Below, in pieces: positions 44,549 to 46,801 of a stretch of DNA of 46,801 nt (its first letter is position 1; every line of letters starts with the position of its first letter). Location: contig JBFMCP010000026.1 in assembly GCA_040754455.1 (NCBI GenBank), positions 1 through 46,801 on the forward strand, written 5' to 3'. The translations under genes and the position numbers were made by a program. The DNA comes from Nitrospirota bacterium. Lineage in GTDB: Bacteria; Nitrospirota; Thermodesulfovibrionia; Thermodesulfovibrionales; Dissulfurispiraceae. Below the pieces are notes generated by a model that saw only the letters and a program-made list of their open reading frames with translations, made no database searches and had not been told where the DNA came from.

Positions 44549-45184
44549 CTATTCCGGCAAGAACTCCGCTATGCGGGGATAAAAGTCCCGTATAAACCTC
44601 ATCCCCCTCCGAAACACAGCTTCCTCCTCACCCTCAAGCGGCAGCGATATCCTTACGAAGGCGGAGTCCCGGCGGCGGTAAAGGGCGGAGTTCAGTATTT
44701 CGTGAGCTTTGAGGGCATACTCATTGGACAGCGTTCTGCCCTTTATCTGATACCAGTAAAGAAGCATCTCCTTGTTTTCATCTTTCTGGTATACCGCACG
44801 TACAAAACGCAGCACCCTGCCCCCGACATTCACCTGCATCGTCCTTTCCGCGATCCGGTACCATCCGCTACCCGGCAGGCAATGTTTGGGGGAATGTATC
44901 TCCCCGCTCTCCTTGCCGCCGCTATGGTAGCCGATATACAGCGAGATCTTTTCCCCGTCCGGTCCCCGGTACTCCCGCATAAGATAATCAGCCGGTCTCA
45001 GCACCTTCATGATGCTGTTGCTCAGCGTTGCCTGGGATATCATCACCCATTGCCCTTCGCGGAGGGGGAACTCGGTAAACGATCTCTTGATGGGTACTGC
45101 AACGTCGGTATGCAGGTGCAGATAGAGAAGGGCGAGTATGAGGAGCAGATACACAATGACGAATCTGCTGTTGCCGATTACCAT
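44549..45184 (-). CDS. epsI: EpsI-family exosortase-associated protein
   Basis: LYIGYH, IHSPKHCLPGSGW, LYWYQ, RRRDSAFVR. Confidence 0.9.
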   Translation of the reverse strand: MVIGNSRFVIVYLLLILALLYLHLHTDVAVPIKRSFTEFPLREGQWVMISQATLSNSIMKVLRPADYLMREYRGPDGEKISLYIGYHSGGKESGEIHSPKHCLPGSGWYRIAERTMQVNVGGRVLRFVRAVYQKDENKEMLLYWYQIKGRTLSNEYALKAHEILNSALYRRRDSAFVRISLPLEGEEEAVFRRGMRFIRDFYPRIAEFLPE

Positions 45185-46017
45185 TTGCTGCTCCTTACCA
45201 GCGCTCCCGTGATGATCAGCAGAACTACCGCAAGCCAGAAGACGACCATCCCCGCGAATTCATGAAAAAAGCCCTCGGCAGCGCGAGCGCCCCAGTGCTG
45301 GGCGAGAATACCCGTAACAACGACCCTGAGCCCGTTGGCAAAGAGGGCGATGGGGACCGCCGAAGCGATGACGACCACCCGCTTCAGGGTCGACTGCTGG
45401 GAGAAATAGGCAAAAGCAACGGCAAGCGCAATGAGCGACATGAGCGACCTGATCCCGCTGCAGGCATCGGCGACTTCGAGAACGGTTGAAGGAAACATGA
45501 TGATGTTTCCTTCTCTCCATACGATGATTCCCATCATTTTGAGAAAGAGCACCGAATACGTTGCGACGAGCAGTTTGAGCGGAAAGGCAAAGGTATCATA
45601 GGCGATATAGGGCAAAGGGATCATAAACATAAGGTAAGCCAGAGGAAAAAGAAGCGCCCTGAACACTTCGGAGCCGAAGAGGAAGAGCACCATGCCGGCA
45701 AGGAGCACGAGCAGTGACGAGCGCATCGTAAAGTATTCCGTACCCAGACATGCCGCAATGAGCAGCAGAAGACCGAAGAGGATGATGCATATCCCCACGT
45801 TCTGCGGCCTCACCGGCGCACGCTTCAATGCATCACGGTTCCGGTAGATGGCGTACGCCGAGATGAAAGGGATGATAAAACCATGGGAGTAGTTGGGATC
45901 ATCGATCCATACGTTTACCATGGCCGGGAGAATCGACCAGTACAACCCTCCGATCAGGAGAAGGGACAGGAGCAGGTGTGCACGATACCTGCAGAGTGCC
46001 TCACCGAAATACAGCAT
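45178..46017 (-). CDS. Exosortase (EpsH family)
   Basis: YSHGFIIP, EVADACSGIRS (Cys), ANGLRV (Arg), FFHE (His); RBS AAGGAGG. Confidence 0.93.
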   Translation of the reverse strand: MLYFGEALCRYRAHLLLSLLLIGGLYWSILPAMVNVWIDDPNYSHGFIIPFISAYAIYRNRDALKRAPVRPQNVGICIILFGLLLLIAACLGTEYFTMRSSLLVLLAGMVLFLFGSEVFRALLFPLAYLMFMIPLPYIAYDTFAFPLKLLVATYSVLFLKMMGIIVWREGNIIMFPSTVLEVADACSGIRSLMSLIALAVAFAYFSQQSTLKRVVVIASAVPIALFANGLRVVVTGILAQHWGARAAEGFFHEFAGMVVFWLAVVLLIITGALVRSSKW

Positions 46018-46227
46018 GGAGCGCTCTCCTCCTTGGGATGTCCGCAAACAGGAAGCGGCTGTTGTTGATGCGGCCGGCTATTGCAAATCATAGCTCACTC
46101 TTCAATGATCTGCAATGAAAATATACGCTGTAATGTCAGTTTCGGTTTCTTCGGGAATCGATCAGACAAATGGATGCTGCACCGCAAGCCGTAGAGATAC
46201 CGGCACTGAGAGAGACAATGAGATGGT

Positions 46228-46270
46228 GACACGGTGGCACGGAGAGATAAAATCTCCGCGCCACCGCGTC
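46228..46270 (-). repeat. Octamer-based intergenic hairpin
   Basis: GACACGGTGGCACGGAGA / TCTCCGCGCCACCGCGTC; 16/18 pairs, both mismatches become G-U on the minus strand. Confidence 0.7.
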
Positions 46271-46306
46271 TCTGACGTTCCGCGCTATGTAAAACCGTAG
46301 CGGCAA

Positions 46307-46801
46307 TTACAAAATAATGTTCAGGGCCTGGTTCCCTGTAATCGTTACTGTTCTTGTCACCGTCTTGCCGTTCCTGGTAACGACAACGGTATGCGGCGTT
46401 CTGGTTACCGCTGCCTCTTTTCTTACCACTGTTCCGCCGGAGACATTGGTTTTCACATACTGTGCGACATCCGTCCGGACGGTGCCGTTTCCGTTCGTCG
46501 TGCCGTTAAAGACCACGACTCCGGCATTGGTCTTCACCACAACGGAGGCGCCGCTCAACCCAGCTCCCGAGGCATCCCTTACGATGACATCGAGATGCCA
46601 GCCCGCCTTGATCTCCTTCTTACCGGAACCCCAGAACTCCATCTCGATAATGCTCATCGAGGCACCGTTCTCAAAGCGGTTGGCGATAAAGTCACCGGTG
46701 CTGACCACCGCTGCGTTCTGGCTCCGTATGGTACGATAGCTTGCGTGCGCATCCTGCCGCACAAAGGTGTTATCGACGAATTTAGGGTACCCGTCGGCAT
46801 A
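46307..46801 (-). CDS. Surface protein, 5'-truncated paralog of the gene at 1..1107, without linker or SLH
   Basis: Frame open to the window end (YADGYPKFVDNTFV...); ungapped alignment to the left-end protein; stops where the left copy enters its Pro linker. Confidence 0.85.
   Translation of the reverse strand, partial: YADGYPKFVDNTFVRQDAHASYRTIRSQNAAVVSTGDFIANRFENGASMSIIEMEFWGSGKKEIKAGWHLDVIVRDASGAGLSGASVVVKTNAGVVVFNGTTNGNGTVRTDVAQYVKTNVSGGTVVRKEAAVTRTPHTVVVTRNGKTVTRTVTITGNQALNIIL
46785..46800 (-). repeat. 16-bp perfect inverted repeat, right copy
   Basis: GGGTACCCGTCGGCAT is the reverse complement of 2..17. Confidence 0.9.

Noticed and set aside
1..46801. Whole window as a transposon or linear element with terminal inverted repeats
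   Set aside because: The repeats are coding paralog sequence, the cargo is chromosomal housekeeping and signalling genes, and no transposase, integrase or replication gene is present.

Overview
Bacterial chromosomal segment of moderately high GC. The gene content (exosortase/EpsI/PrsK/PrsR, sigma54 activators, DsrC- and DsrF-like proteins, lipoproteins) suggests a diderm of Nitrospirota/Desulfobacterota type; this lineage call is inference only. No rRNA, tRNA, CRISPR array, transposase, integrase or phage genes were seen. It carries about 45 CDS: housekeeping and stress genes (osmC, pcrA/uvrD, prc, xseAB, HAD, USP, P-type ATPase), c-di-GMP enzymes, three two-component modules and a PEP-CTERM/exosortase locus. 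Most notable: (1) both ends of the window lie at the same codon of two inward-facing paralogous surface-protein genes (about 62% aa identity, ungapped over 164 aa), one ending in an SLH anchor and the other stopping just before it, which is the geometry of an invertible segment that would swap 3' ends; (2) two diverged copies of an unannotated ~150-bp nested palindromic intergenic element; (3) four sigma54 promoters, each with tandem TGT-N11/N12-ACA enhancer pairs, driving BON lipoproteins, tiny ORFs, a miniature PEP-CTERM-like protein lacking the PEP motif, and a GAF-HisKA-GAF-HD-GYP probable pseudo-enzyme; (4) a frameshifted VapC toxin, a DsrC-like protein without the C-terminal cysteines, and several structured leaders.
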